The notes beneath the pieces were generated by a model. That model saw only the letters and a program-made list of their open reading frames with translations. It searched no databases and was not told where the DNA came from. From a virus: a DNA stretch of 40,113 nt. The stretch lies in the UHGV virus genome UHGV-0369821. One strand, given 5' to 3'. Made by a program: the position numbers and the translations under genes. Shown here piece after piece: positions 1-9,178 of the stretch. Within the stretch, counting starts at the first letter, position 1, and every line of letters begins with the position of its first letter.

Positions 1-2
1 TC

Positions 3-128
3 AGCCACCACAATGACCGCCTTTGTAATTTGATGACCATGCAGACGCAGGCCCAAGTGGAAACAGCAAAGGCAATTCAACTGTTAGCTATTCGAGTTGA
101 AGGAATAGAAAGAAAGATAAAAGAATGA
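3..128 (+). CDS. 3' end of a gene continuing from upstream of the window (C-terminal fragment)
   Basis: Frame is open from the window edge to TGA at 126-128. The stop overlaps the next start as ATGA, which suggests translational coupling. Confidence 0.3.
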   Translation, partial: SHHNDRLCNLMTMQTQAQVETAKAIQLLAIRVEGIERKIKE

Positions 129-619
129 ATGTTCTGATTGCGATTGACAAACAGGATAAGGTTTTAACTCACATTGGTCAGAGCTTGGAAAGCTTTCTGG
201 ATAAGGGATTTTTTACCTCATTTATTGAGGTAGTGCCGACCACAAAAGAAATTAACCTATTTATGACTAATAGGTGGGACAATATGGGAATAGAGTTTAT
301 TTTGAGGTTGCGAACTTCCTCTGTTACCTCTGATAGAGCCACGCATCAAAAACTTGTCTCTTCAAACACACAAACGCCATTTGGTTTTAGGCTCCTGCAT
401 ACAGCAAATACCCTTTTGCAAAAAGAGGGTTGGGGCGAATTTGGGTTTAACCCATGCACGGAATTTAAGGGGTTGCCGGGTTGGATAGACTTTATTGATA
501 TTGAAATTGCCAATGTGGCAGACAAGAAAGACCTCTCTGCTCTAGGGGACGGAAAAGTTTTTGCAAGTAGCGTTGCTAAATGGATGAATAAGGCCGCAAA
601 ATATCTTCAAACAAGGTGA
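125..619 (+). CDS. hypothetical protein
   Basis: 164-aa ORF. Start overlaps the upstream stop (ATGA). No recognisable motif. Confidence 0.5.
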   Translation: MNVLIAIDKQDKVLTHIGQSLESFLDKGFFTSFIEVVPTTKEINLFMTNRWDNMGIEFILRLRTSSVTSDRATHQKLVSSNTQTPFGFRLLHTANTLLQKEGWGEFGFNPCTEFKGLPGWIDFIDIEIANVADKKDLSALGDGKVFASSVAKWMNKAAKYLQTR

Positions 620-979
620 TTATAAATCCTTGTTGAACAAATAATCATCAATAACCTTACACTCTCTCATAGACAACGGGGATTGCTTGTAATACATGCG
701 AATCCCCGTTCTTTTTGCACTTCTTACATCTAGATATGACAGAGGCATACACCTGTTTGTCCTATAGAGTTTTTTAAAGCGGGCAGAACGCCATTCTCTG
801 TTCCTGCGGGCGGCTATGCAAAAATCCAGAGCCTTTACTGCATCTCCTGTTAATGTTTTTTGTATAAACTTGGTTGGAGAATAAGACCTCTGTCTTAGAA
901 GCGCAGATAATGGGTTGCCCACAGAAAAAAGTTCCAGTATTTCGTAAAACTCTTTATCCGTAAGCCTGTTTAACTTCAT
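620..979 (-). CDS. hypothetical protein
   Basis: 119-aa ORF packed tightly against the RuvC-like gene (start of one abuts stop of the other at 979). Confidence 0.5.
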   Translation of the reverse strand: MKLNRLTDKEFYEILELFSVGNPLSALLRQRSYSPTKFIQKTLTGDAVKALDFCIAARRNREWRSARFKKLYRTNRCMPLSYLDVRSAKRTGIRMYYKQSPLSMRECKVIDDYLFNKDL

Positions 980-1548
980 TATGCTAGCTGGAATTTTTTA
1001 GATGCATCTTTTTGAAAGGAGGTGTAAATGGACGGGTGGCACAAGCAATGACCCATTCGAGATAACACATACGCATCTGCCTCATTATTGTTTTTGGGGT
1101 CTATCTGCCACTTTTTAAGAACAGCAGTCATTATAAGTCCTTTTTCTCCAACACCTTTTCCGGTAGCAAATTTCTTTAGGGTTGTTGGAGGGAAAACAAT
1201 TATATTTGAAATCCCTGATGAAAAAAGGATGTGTTTTACCACTCCTCCAAGCTCTCCCAAATGAACGATTTTGCCGAACCGCGAAAAGGCATAATTCTCT
1301 ATACATACCAGAACCTTTTCCGCTGGCGTCTGCGCTAGGATTGTGTCCTTGATGTTCTCTAGTTGGTTGGCAAAATCAGAAAGCCTCTGGGGGCCTTTGT
1401 GAGGGCTTGAAAGGGTGGTTGTATAATCAGAGGCTACTCCTGACTTATGATGAAACACAGAACACCCTGTAGCGGTTAGTGAGAGGTCTAAACCCAGAAA
1501 ACAGTTGAACCCTTCAAAAAGCTTTGTTTCTACTTTGTTTTCTTCCAT
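979..1548 (-). CDS. RuvC-like Holliday junction resolvase
   Basis: N-terminal FLGLDLSLTATGCSV matches the RuvC motif ILGIDPGSRVTGYGV. Catalytic Glu lies in LVCIENYAF (cf. FAIEQVF). C-terminal EADAYVLSRMGH matches DAADALAIAITH. Confidence 0.75.
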   Translation of the reverse strand: MEENKVETKLFEGFNCFLGLDLSLTATGCSVFHHKSGVASDYTTTLSSPHKGPQRLSDFANQLENIKDTILAQTPAEKVLVCIENYAFSRFGKIVHLGELGGVVKHILFSSGISNIIVFPPTTLKKFATGKGVGEKGLIMTAVLKKWQIDPKNNNEADAYVLSRMGHCLCHPSIYTSFQKDASKKFQLA

Positions 1549-1790
1549 GATTTTTTCTCTGATGAAGCGAATCTAAAATCTACTAGTTCAAAACGCGATT
1601 CTTTTTGAGCCATTACTATTCCTCCATTGTAGCTCTTCTTGAGGACAACAACGCCAAACGGAGAACTTTGCTCGAATTCGGCCTCATTGTTTTTCTGAAT
1701 AGCGGCGATAGCTTCGGCTGTGGTGAACCAAACATCGTCCTCTGTTTCTTTTCTCTTAGGGGGGCGCCCCCTTCTGCTTTCACTTTTCAT
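1530..1790 (-). CDS. hypothetical small basic protein
   Basis: 86-aa ORF with an RGRPPKRK basic N-terminus. Overlaps its neighbours in an operon-like way. Confidence 0.4.
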   Translation of the reverse strand: MKSESRRGRPPKRKETEDDVWFTTAEAIAAIQKNNEAEFEQSSPFGVVVLKKSYNGGIVMAQKESRFELVDFRFASSEKKSWKKTK

Positions 1791-2154
1791 TATCTAATTC
1801 TTCCTTTGCTAACCTATATGCCTCTGCTCCTTCCATTGCTGGATTATTGTTATATATTTCCACCGCTTTGCGTAATCTTTTTTTTACTATCTCACCTTTC
1901 TCTGTAATTATTTCCAAAGGATTTTTGTAGCCCAATTTAATTAGAATACGCATGGAGAGAATAATAATATCCGCGCATTCAAAAGCCATATCTTTTTTTG
2001 TTTTTGCCGAGATGAGTTCTTCCACCTCTTGTTTGAGATGACCAATTAGGGCTTCTTTAGTTTCTTCAACTCCTAGAAAATTTTTAAAGACGGTTGTTAT
2101 CTCTCTGGAAATATTATAAATCCTAGTGTTTCTTTCGTTCTCGAAAAGATTCAT
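1780..2154 (-). CDS. MazG-like nucleoside triphosphate pyrophosphohydrolase
   Basis: EVEELISA...ECADIIILSMRILIKLGY...KKRLRK fits the all-alpha MazG/NTP-PPase EExxE...E/D..D pattern. Size is about 124 aa. Confidence 0.55.
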   Translation of the reverse strand: MNLFENERNTRIYNISREITTVFKNFLGVEETKEALIGHLKQEVEELISAKTKKDMAFECADIIILSMRILIKLGYKNPLEIITEKGEIVKKRLRKAVEIYNNNPAMEGAEAYRLAKEELDNEK

Positions 2155-2204
2155 AGTTTAATTCTCTCCGTAAATAATTCTATCGATATATTTTTTAATT
2201 TCAC

Positions 2205-2513
2205 TTAGTGCCATAACATAGTTTTTTTGACAAATCGGGGTCTTGCTGCACCAATGAAAAGGTTAGCTTTTAATTCTTTAGTGTTGTCTTTTTCTCTTGT
2301 TTTTAACAAGGTTTTTGCATATTCCATGGCAAAATTCTCTCTATAAAACTCTTTCCATTCTACCGACCACTTTTTTAGAATAGTGGGACATTTAAAATCT
2401 GGTTTTAAAAAAGTAGGAACATTAATTTTTACTACTCGCGTATAATTGTTTCTATTGTTCTTATCACATACTAAGAAACAATTTTCTGATTCAATAGTGG
2501 TTTCGTATTCCAT
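2205..2513 (-). CDS. hypothetical protein (start chosen at internal Met; longest ORF extends to 2714)
   Basis: An internal ATG at 2511-2513 abuts the stop of the next gene at 2518. The longer version would overlap 2518-2871 out of frame. Confidence 0.4.
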   Translation of the reverse strand: MEYETTIESENCFLVCDKNNRNNYTRVVKINVPTFLKPDFKCPTILKKWSVEWKEFYRENFAMEYAKTLLKTREKDNTKELKANLFIGAARPRFVKKTMLWH

Positions 2514-2517
2514 ACAA

Positions 2518-2871
2518 TTAGACTTTTGGTTGCCAGTTGTCACAGAACCCTTCATAAGCTTGTGCAAAGGGACAGCGAAAACACTCACTACAGGGGGTAG
2601 CGTAGGGATGCGTCCCTTCGTGAGCACAGTTCTCACAGATTCGTTCTGCTTGCGGAGTAGTCCACATTCTGTATCTACGGCGGCATTTCCACGCTTCCCG
2701 AACAACCATTCCATAGCTACATTCTTTATCTCTAAAGTGATGAAGCAATTCTGTGTTTATTTGGTAGCCACGGTCTTTCAATACACTACGAACATGGGTG
2801 TGAAAAACAGAGGCTCCGCCCCATGTCACTCCAAAGTCGTAAAAAGCTTTCTGTTCAGGCGTCATTTTCAT
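2518..2871 (-). CDS. Cys/His-rich putative zinc-binding protein
   Basis: CENCAHEGTH...CSECFRCPF...C cluster in a 117-aa ORF. Confidence 0.45.
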   Translation of the reverse strand: MKMTPEQKAFYDFGVTWGGASVFHTHVRSVLKDRGYQINTELLHHFRDKECSYGMVVREAWKCRRRYRMWTTPQAERICENCAHEGTHPYATPCSECFRCPFAQAYEGFCDNWQPKV

Positions 2872-2970
2872 TTTTTTCTTTTATTTTGAATAAAATATAT
2901 TGAATTAGCATGCAAATTGCCAATGCGAGTGATAGCAAAAATGCAACAATATCCCATAAATTAACGACAA

Positions 2971-4089
2971 TCATTTCTTCACAATCCTTTCTTTTTGTTT
3001 TCTTTCTTCAATAAAGTCGCCAAATATTTTATTGAATTGCTCATTCGATATTTTTCTTGTTTGCTTGCCGTTCACGATATTCTGATGCTTGTGAAAAGCA
3101 TCTTCCAACTTAGCTACAGAAATAGCAATAGCATCTATGAAGTCTTCTTGAGGAATAACTTGCTGACATCTAGCTATACCTTCCTTCTTAAACGTTCTTA
3201 CAGTGTTTCCCTCCTTTAGGGCAAGACCGTCAATCTCTTCACCGTTTTTCAGGAGTTCAAAGCACGAATCTTCAATTTCTTTGGCGACTTTTTGTGCAAG
3301 TTTCGCCGTAAAAAACAATTTACTCCTTTCGGAGGGATTCATTTGTATCAGACTGGAAGAAAACTTTGTAGAAGGTACTGCAATCGTCTGCATCGCATTG
3401 ATAGGGGCCTTGCAACGTGAGAACCCTTTGCAGTATTGACAATGGGCATTAGCAATGGGTTCGCTATTCTCTTTAGTTCTCCTGCATATCTCCACTACCT
3501 CTTGTTCAGCCTCCTTAATATCCTCTTCACTGTACCTTACTATCACAGGATAAGAGGTGACAAGGGGTTGAACAATGGCGCATGAGACCGATTTTATGTG
3601 GCAGTCATGATAATTCCTTTCAATATGTTGCTTACAGCATAGGGCTAACCCTCTAATCTGGTGATTAGTTTGGGTAGATTCTTGCTCTATGGGTCCCGTT
3701 TTGTAATCAATAATCAACAAATGGAATCCTTCTTCATTGTGTTTGCCAAAAACCAAGTCAGGTTTTCCAGAAAAAAGAGGCTCTTCACCCTTTAAAAAGA
3801 AGCATCTTTCTTCCTTCATAACCTCCTCAAACTTATCATCCCCTGCCCAAATAGAAGCAACTTCTGTTGCAATCCTTTTACAGGCAATCATTAGCTTCGT
3901 TTCTTCCTCATTGAGATGAATGTTTTGGTAAGCAAGATATTGATGAATGCGGTTGCCTCTTTCTGCCATTTCGGAGGTTGAGCCGTTATCTTCTATGTCG
4001 TATTTCAAGGAGTATGGACAACAGGCTAAGCGAGCCAAGCTTGAGCATGAAGGAAGTCCTTGTCTTTCTGTGTTTTTTTTCGTGTTCAT
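2971..4089 (-). CDS. PD-(D/E)XK nuclease of the RecB/Cas4-like family with a cysteine (Fe-S-type) cluster
   Basis: GKPDLVF...HLLIIDYKTG gives the motif II Asp and motif III (ExK-type IIDYKTG) of the RecB nuclease domain. An N-terminal Cys (CSSLARLACC) plus C-terminal C-x2-C-x5-C (CQYCKGFSRC) resemble the Cas4/AddB iron-sulfur ligands. Confidence 0.7.
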   Translation of the reverse strand: MNTKKNTERQGLPSCSSLARLACCPYSLKYDIEDNGSTSEMAERGNRIHQYLAYQNIHLNEEETKLMIACKRIATEVASIWAGDDKFEEVMKEERCFFLKGEEPLFSGKPDLVFGKHNEEGFHLLIIDYKTGPIEQESTQTNHQIRGLALCCKQHIERNYHDCHIKSVSCAIVQPLVTSYPVIVRYSEEDIKEAEQEVVEICRRTKENSEPIANAHCQYCKGFSRCKAPINAMQTIAVPSTKFSSSLIQMNPSERSKLFFTAKLAQKVAKEIEDSCFELLKNGEEIDGLALKEGNTVRTFKKEGIARCQQVIPQEDFIDAIAISVAKLEDAFHKHQNIVNGKQTRKISNEQFNKIFGDFIEERKQKERIVKK

Positions 4090-4178
4090 ATCTTTATTTA
4101 TTATTAGAATCTATATCTCTCATACATATTTTATCAATAATGACTATGATTCCACACGTGATTATAGTCATAACAACA

Positions 4179-5057
4179 TCATTCATTCCCTTCTTTCTTT
4201 CTGAATATAGGTTGTTCTTCTACTTTGTTATTATCGTCAGAAAAAGCTTCCTCTTTGGAAATTGCGCCTGTCTTGATAGCATTAAAAAGGCCAATCAGCA
4301 TGACAATTTCTGATTCCTTGCAACTCTCTATCTTGTGCTTCAAATAAGCTTCAAGCATTTCTTTTGTGACCCCTATCTTCGAGAAAGCTATTACACAGTC
4401 TTCTACCCTTTGCAAAAGCGGCTTATCAGAGGCTCTAAGGGTGTTTTGGCACGCCTCGGAAGCCTCTTGTCTGATGAAGTCCGGGAGAACTGACCAAATG
4501 CACGCACGAATGCGCCTTGATGCCATGTTTGCGCAAATTTCATATATATCCCTGTCCGAGTAAAGAGCATAGCCGCCTTCTTTAGTATCTCTCCAATGAG
4601 GAACGGAAAAAGCAATCTCTCTTCTAATGTTGTTTTCTTTGTCCCAGCAGAATGCTATGCAGTCAGAGCAAATGCGGCCTTTTTCGTCCACATGTTCTCC
4701 AATCTTCCTCCAACCCGCCTCCGCATTCCCATACGCCGTTAGGCAAGCGTTTGCTAAATGGATTGTCTCTCCGGAAATGGAAGAACCACCTCTTTTGTAT
4801 TCAAAGAAAGCCGTGTTCGCTAAATGCCGAAAAGAGCAAAGCTGGCGTATCTTAGAAGAAACTTCCAGCATATTTCTCGGCATTTGTTTTGCTATATATA
4901 TAGAGGCGAGAGCTTCCAAAGATTCTTTGTTAGAAAGGACGTTGGCTAGAGGATTCCCAGCGAGAGGAGCAATCATGGGCATACTATCGCCAGCCGCAAA
5001 TGGTATTGATTCGTTTGTTTCTGACATGGCCTCATAATATCGTTTTTCCCTCCGCAT
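4179..5057 (-). CDS. hypothetical protein; possible single-strand annealing protein (weak RecT-like resemblance, mainly synteny with the nuclease)
   Basis: 292 aa, directly downstream of the exonuclease on the same strand. MPRNMLEVSSKIRQL loosely resembles RecT LPRHMTAERMIRI. The functional call is weak. Confidence 0.45.
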   Translation of the reverse strand: MRREKRYYEAMSETNESIPFAAGDSMPMIAPLAGNPLANVLSNKESLEALASIYIAKQMPRNMLEVSSKIRQLCSFRHLANTAFFEYKRGGSSISGETIHLANACLTAYGNAEAGWRKIGEHVDEKGRICSDCIAFCWDKENNIRREIAFSVPHWRDTKEGGYALYSDRDIYEICANMASRRIRACIWSVLPDFIRQEASEACQNTLRASDKPLLQRVEDCVIAFSKIGVTKEMLEAYLKHKIESCKESEIVMLIGLFNAIKTGAISKEEAFSDDNNKVEEQPIFRKKEGNE

Positions 5058-5080
5058 GCAATATTTTTCTTTTTTTTTTC

Positions 5081-5110
5081 TTGCGTATGACAGGTGACAT
5101 GTCTATAAAT
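5081..5110 (+). promoter_or_regulatory. candidate sigma70-like promoter in a divergent intergenic region
   Basis: TTGCGT, 17-nt spacer, TATAAA. Only a weak match to the -35 consensus. Confidence 0.25.
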
Positions 5111-5503
5111 AGCCGCATGCAGAAAGAACTACCACAAGAACAACTGTCGGCATTTTCTAAGTTTGCAGTCCAGAACGAAGAGTTGTGCAAGCTCATGATG
5201 CAAAGAGTGGGATTCAAAATCACTCCAATGGTTTGGAACAAAGCGAAATGGAATCCGGCTCAAATGTCTGTCAAAAAGCTCACCCACCTCCGCGCCTTTT
5301 ATCCTGCGGCATTTGGGTTAGAGGATGAGCCTAATAGCGATTTTTTGAAGTCTCTGTACTACCTCCACATTTCCAACAGAATACTTTCAGGAGAAATTGA
5401 ACCTCTTATTGAAGATAAGGATTTTGCGACCTATATGCCTTACGCCCATTTTGTTTTACCGATAGACGATTTTACAAAAAACGCCCTTTCTAAATTCATG
5501 TAA
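5087..5503 (+). CDS. hypothetical protein (start uncertain: 5087, 5099 or 5117); possibly replication-associated by position upstream of the DnaC-like gene
   Basis: ORF in the divergent orientation to the 4179-5057 gene. Several in-frame ATGs lie after a promoter-like TTGCGT-17-TATAAA. Confidence 0.4.
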   Translation: MTGDMSINSRMQKELPQEQLSAFSKFAVQNEELCKLMMQRVGFKITPMVWNKAKWNPAQMSVKKLTHLRAFYPAAFGLEDEPNSDFLKSLYYLHISNRILSGEIEPLIEDKDFATYMPYAHFVLPIDDFTKNALSKFM

Positions 5504-5512
5504 AAAACGAAA

Positions 5513-6145
5513 ATGAACTATCCACTTGACGACTATCCGCTAGAAGAAATGGAACGAAAATCTGTTCCGAGGTTGGTAAAAGACATTTTAGATTTAGACC
5601 AATTATTGAAAGGGTTAGATAAAATACCGCTAACAAGTGAAGAAGAAAAGGAAGAGTGGAGAAGGAAGGAAAAAGAGAAAGAAAGGGTGAAAGGCTGGGA
5701 AAAACGGCTAAAAGAATCAGGCGTTCCTTTAGCGTTTTACCAAGCTTGCGTTCAAAAAAAAATCGTTCAATGCAAGCTTTTCCCGGGGATGAATCAAGTA
5801 AAAGCTCGTAGCTGGTTTTTTGCCTCTTCGAAGAAAGGGAAAACCTTTTCCGCTTGCAACCTAATTGCGAAAGAATTGTGGGAGGGAAGAAGAGGGTTGT
5901 ATTTAAAGGCCGTCGACCTAGAAAGAGAATTATCAAGTTTTCGTCCTCAAGAAGAACTCTTAAGGAAATATCAAAGAGTACCTTTTCTTGTAGTGGACGA
6001 TTTTGAAGGAATGCGGATGAGTGTGAATTCATCCTGCAATTTTATAGCATTCCTCAAAAAAAGAAACGATTCCGGATTGTGCTCTTTTATTATAATGAGA
6101 GAACGTACTTTTTTTGCGGAACAGATAGAACGGGCGACTACTTGA
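5513..6145 (+). CDS. DnaC/DnaI/IstB-like AAA+ helicase loader
   Basis: ESGVPLAFYQACV matches the DnaC/DnaI sGIPkry..a.f motif. Walker A is ASSKKGKTFSA, Walker B is FLVVDDFEG. Confidence 0.65.
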   Translation: MNYPLDDYPLEEMERKSVPRLVKDILDLDQLLKGLDKIPLTSEEEKEEWRRKEKEKERVKGWEKRLKESGVPLAFYQACVQKKIVQCKLFPGMNQVKARSWFFASSKKGKTFSACNLIAKELWEGRRGLYLKAVDLERELSSFRPQEELLRKYQRVPFLVVDDFEGMRMSVNSSCNFIAFLKKRNDSGLCSFIIMRERTFFAEQIERATT

Positions 6146-6242
6146 GCAAAACAATAAGTAACACGGAATAAGATTGTTATAAAAAAGCCCTGTAGCCATT
6201 TTCGTAGGCTACAGGGCTTGAATGCCGGATTTTTATGACAGA

Positions 6243-6932
6243 CTATTGCACCCTCTTTTCAGGTATTAAAACGTTATTTAATGAATAGTATTTTTTTGTA
6301 TAGTGATATTTTTTAGAATACTTTGAATAACCTAAATTGTGATTGTAGTAAAGTTCATCTCCATACGATGAACAAGTGTATTTAGCATTATACTTTAGAT
6401 AAGAAGAGTTAGAGAAATAGGCAATTTTATTTTTATCTGGTCTTTGAAAATCGCCATAAAAAAGCATCTCTCCTTTTTTCCAAAATACAAATTTATTTGA
6501 GCCGAGGACGGCATTAACCATGTTGTCTATATCGTCATTGTTTTTCTGGATGCAATACTCACCAAAAGCTGGCAAAAATAGGTATCGGAAAAAAGTTTCG
6601 CTATCTGTTAGATCGTCTTTGTTTTTAATGCTCAAGATTCCATTATGGCAAAAGTACCAGCCATTTCCATTCCAGCCATGAACGTTTTTTTCTGAAATTG
6701 AGCCATGCGTTTTGATGCGAGCATGCAAGAGGACAACATAATCTTTTGGGATTGTGTTCCACAAATTAACAATTTCTTTTTTTAAAAGGGTACGAATAAA
6801 ATATTCTGGCTTTTCTTGGCATGTACCTCTTTTAAATGCGGCTAAAAAGAAGCCGTCAGGGTTGTTTGTGATGCAATTTTGAAAATGTTGATTGCCAATA
6901 TCTTTTTTGATTCCGTACGCGATAATACACAT
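6243..6932 (-). CDS. Ntn-hydrolase / class-II glutamine amidotransferase-like protein (GATase_4-type)
   Basis: The protein begins MCIIAYG, with Cys2 as the predicted nucleophile after Met removal, as in MCGI of GAT-II enzymes. It sits next to an amidoligase gene, a conserved pairing described for this family. Confidence 0.5.
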   Translation of the reverse strand: MCIIAYGIKKDIGNQHFQNCITNNPDGFFLAAFKRGTCQEKPEYFIRTLLKKEIVNLWNTIPKDYVVLLHARIKTHGSISEKNVHGWNGNGWYFCHNGILSIKNKDDLTDSETFFRYLFLPAFGEYCIQKNNDDIDNMVNAVLGSNKFVFWKKGEMLFYGDFQRPDKNKIAYFSNSSYLKYNAKYTCSSYGDELYYNHNLGYSKYSKKYHYTKKYYSLNNVLIPEKRVQ

Positions 6933-6947
6933 ATTGTTTTTTCTAGT

Positions 6948-7253
6948 TTAGTTTTTTCCGTATTTATCAATGATAGATTTAACGCCTAGAGTTAATTCTA
7001 GGGCTAATTTTTCTTCTTCTTGTGTTTCGTAAAATATTTTTATGAAAGTATATTGCCATTGAGGTGAATATGACATTTTCATGCCTTTTTTGATTAAATA
7101 GTTTATGACGTCCTGCCTTATCTTTCCAAATGTTTCTGCTGATAGTGTTTTTTTGTAAACATTTACAAATTCAATGTTTAAACTGCCAACCAAGGAAGAG
7201 ATGCAACACTCTAGCTTTTTCTTCTCCATTGTTGTATCGGTTTTCTTCTTCAT
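6948..7253 (-). CDS. hypothetical protein
   Basis: 101-aa ORF between the Ntn-hydrolase and amidoligase genes. Confidence 0.45.
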   Translation of the reverse strand: MKKKTDTTMEKKKLECCISSLVGSLNIEFVNVYKKTLSAETFGKIRQDVINYLIKKGMKMSYSPQWQYTFIKIFYETQEEEKLALELTLGVKSIIDKYGKN

Positions 7254-7341
7254 AGGCCGATTGCGTATAAAAAACTAATCCAAATTATTGCACCAGCAAT
7301 TAAAACAATTAAATCTTCTATTTTTTCTTTTATTTTTTTAT

Positions 7342-8592
7342 TCATATATTTTCGAGTAATTTATATAATTCTTTTGTCATACATTTTTCTCTTAGAAAAG
7401 ATATATATTTCGGAGCAATCTCCTTTAATTCTAATAATGATATTTCTCTATTCTCCATCGCGAAGAGATAAGTAAAGTAGCAAAAATCTACTATTGTTTT
7501 AATCCTTTCTTTTTTGACTGTTCCCTTGCCCCTCCTAAATTCTATTGTGGCATTATTACTGAAATTTAATTCACAATACCTATTATTCGAAATTTTATCA
7601 AAGAGGAGCTTTTGGCCTTTTGGGGATGCAGAAATAGGGTGGACGCCGTATTGTTTTAGCTCACAAACACCCGGAATTGTGAAACAGTATTGATTGTTAT
7701 CTCTTCCAAATATTTTATTAACCAGTTCGTAAGAAAGAGAGTAAAAACATTTTTTCAGCAAAAGTTCTACACTTCTTTCACACTTGATTCGTGAAACGTG
7801 AACATGTAGCCCCGTTTCTTTAGTTGATTGAGAATAAGAGCCGAATAACGGGAAAAATTCTTCGCATAGCAAATCAATAGCTCCATTTTTTTTCAACAAT
7901 GATTCAATAGGCAAAGGTCGGGTAGTTAGTTCTGTTCCTCCTCTTTCGTCACGTAAGGAGCCGTCATGCTGGAAGTAAAAAAAATTAGAAAACTTATTGT
8001 AAATAGAACGGTTTTGGTGATAAAATTCTATTTCCAACCCTACAAGGGGAGCTTTTAGGGTTGAGTTTTCAGGGATCCAACCATGAGGCCGAAAGTGGTA
8101 TCCGTTCATTTTTGTTTCTATCAAGTCTTTTTCCGAAAAATCACTTATAAGGAACTCCTTTGTGCTTAAATATCTCAAAGCCGGGAAGACATGCTCTATT
8201 ATATAACTCCACTCTTTTTCCGGGATTTGTTTTAAAGTGAAGGCATCTAAGAAGCACTTAAAGATTTTTATAAAATCACTAGAGTATTTTTGTTTTTGGT
8301 TTAGCTCTTTGTCGGGAACTGGAATTATTGTTTGAGAAAAAAAATTACACATTGCCCATAGAGTTGCGTTCCTTATCAATTTAAAATTTTTTTTCTCAAG
8401 CACAATCCCGTTTAAATCTTTAACTCCTGCAAACCGCAAAAAAGCGGTTGCTTTTCTCCTTCTTAAATACAAGTCCTTTGCTTGTTGCGTCTTGTAGCCA
8501 AAATCAAAAATTTTATTTTCACAAAACAAATAGTAATTCTCTCTTACAAATTGTTTCAGAAATTCTACTTTATCTTTTTCTTTTTTATTCAT
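7342..8592 (-). CDS. amidoligase (glutamine synthetase / GCS2 carboxylate-amine ligase-like, Amidoligase_2-type)
   Basis: LVGLEIEFYHQN (E-x-E metal site), FQHDGSLRDERGGTELTTRPL and ETGLHVHVS (H-x-H) match conserved blocks of YbdK/GCS2-like amidoligases. Confidence 0.6.
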   Translation of the reverse strand: MNKKEKDKVEFLKQFVRENYYLFCENKIFDFGYKTQQAKDLYLRRRKATAFLRFAGVKDLNGIVLEKKNFKLIRNATLWAMCNFFSQTIIPVPDKELNQKQKYSSDFIKIFKCFLDAFTLKQIPEKEWSYIIEHVFPALRYLSTKEFLISDFSEKDLIETKMNGYHFRPHGWIPENSTLKAPLVGLEIEFYHQNRSIYNKFSNFFYFQHDGSLRDERGGTELTTRPLPIESLLKKNGAIDLLCEEFFPLFGSYSQSTKETGLHVHVSRIKCERSVELLLKKCFYSLSYELVNKIFGRDNNQYCFTIPGVCELKQYGVHPISASPKGQKLLFDKISNNRYCELNFSNNATIEFRRGKGTVKKERIKTIVDFCYFTYLFAMENREISLLELKEIAPKYISFLREKCMTKELYKLLENI

Positions 8593-8593
8593 G

Positions 8594-9166
8594 TCAAATA
8601 ATGATTCGGAGGTTTTCGTTTTTAGTATTCAGACCTGAATAAGTTTTCCATATGTCTCCAATAATTGAATTAGAATCGTGCAGTTTATAAAAGATATTTT
8701 CGCTCAAATTCACCAACAACCCTTTTTTTTGTAAAATAATCCCACATTTTTTATAGTATTTTAGAGCTAAAAATTTGTTTGAAGAAAAGGCCCTAGTGAT
8801 TGGATAGCTACTATTTAGTTTTTTTTCCTCATATTCGGGGAAATGGCCTAGGGCCGGTTTTGTTTTAAAACGGGCAGATGATAGCGGTTTAACCCCAACA
8901 ATATAAACACCGGCGTTTTTTTTCCCGCCAGAAGTCCTAAGAACCGGCAAATAACCTAAAGTGTTTCCAAAAACAAAAATAGGGCTGATAAGCGTTTTTT
9001 GAGTTGTACCGGTATCTAAATTTTCTATTTTCGCGAAAAAATAAACGCTAATAAAGGATTGTAGGTCTCTAATTACAGAGCAATCATCTTGAGCGTGAAT
9101 GGTTCCAGAATAAGCGGGAATTCTGCTTTTCGCGGTCCTGTATAGTTTTATTGAGTATTTATGCAT
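8594..9166 (-). CDS. hypothetical protein
   Basis: 190-aa ORF. Its stop lies 2 nt from the amidoligase start. Confidence 0.5.
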   Translation of the reverse strand: MHKYSIKLYRTAKSRIPAYSGTIHAQDDCSVIRDLQSFISVYFFAKIENLDTGTTQKTLISPIFVFGNTLGYLPVLRTSGGKKNAGVYIVGVKPLSSARFKTKPALGHFPEYEEKKLNSSYPITRAFSSNKFLALKYYKKCGIILQKKGLLVNLSENIFYKLHDSNSIIGDIWKTYSGLNTKNENLRIII

Positions 9167-9178
9167 GTTTTTTTAGAG

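Noticed and set aside
1115-1306. Small ORFs nested inside larger genes (e.g. 1115-1306, 1605-1907, 2446-2889, 2995-3439 and many others in the track)
   Set aside because: They overlap motif-supported or longer genes in alternative frames or on the opposite strand. Typical shadow ORFs.
2205-2714. 169-aa version of the minus-strand ORF
   Set aside because: It would overlap 2518-2871 by about 200 nt out of frame. An internal ATG at 2513 gives a non-overlapping gene 4 nt from the neighbour's stop.
8594-9166. Possible AIG2/gamma-glutamyl cyclotransferase partner of the amidoligase (IFVFGNTLGY resembling the YGTL motif)
   Set aside because: The motif is mid-protein rather than N-terminal and there is no supporting catalytic Glu context. 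Too weak to call.
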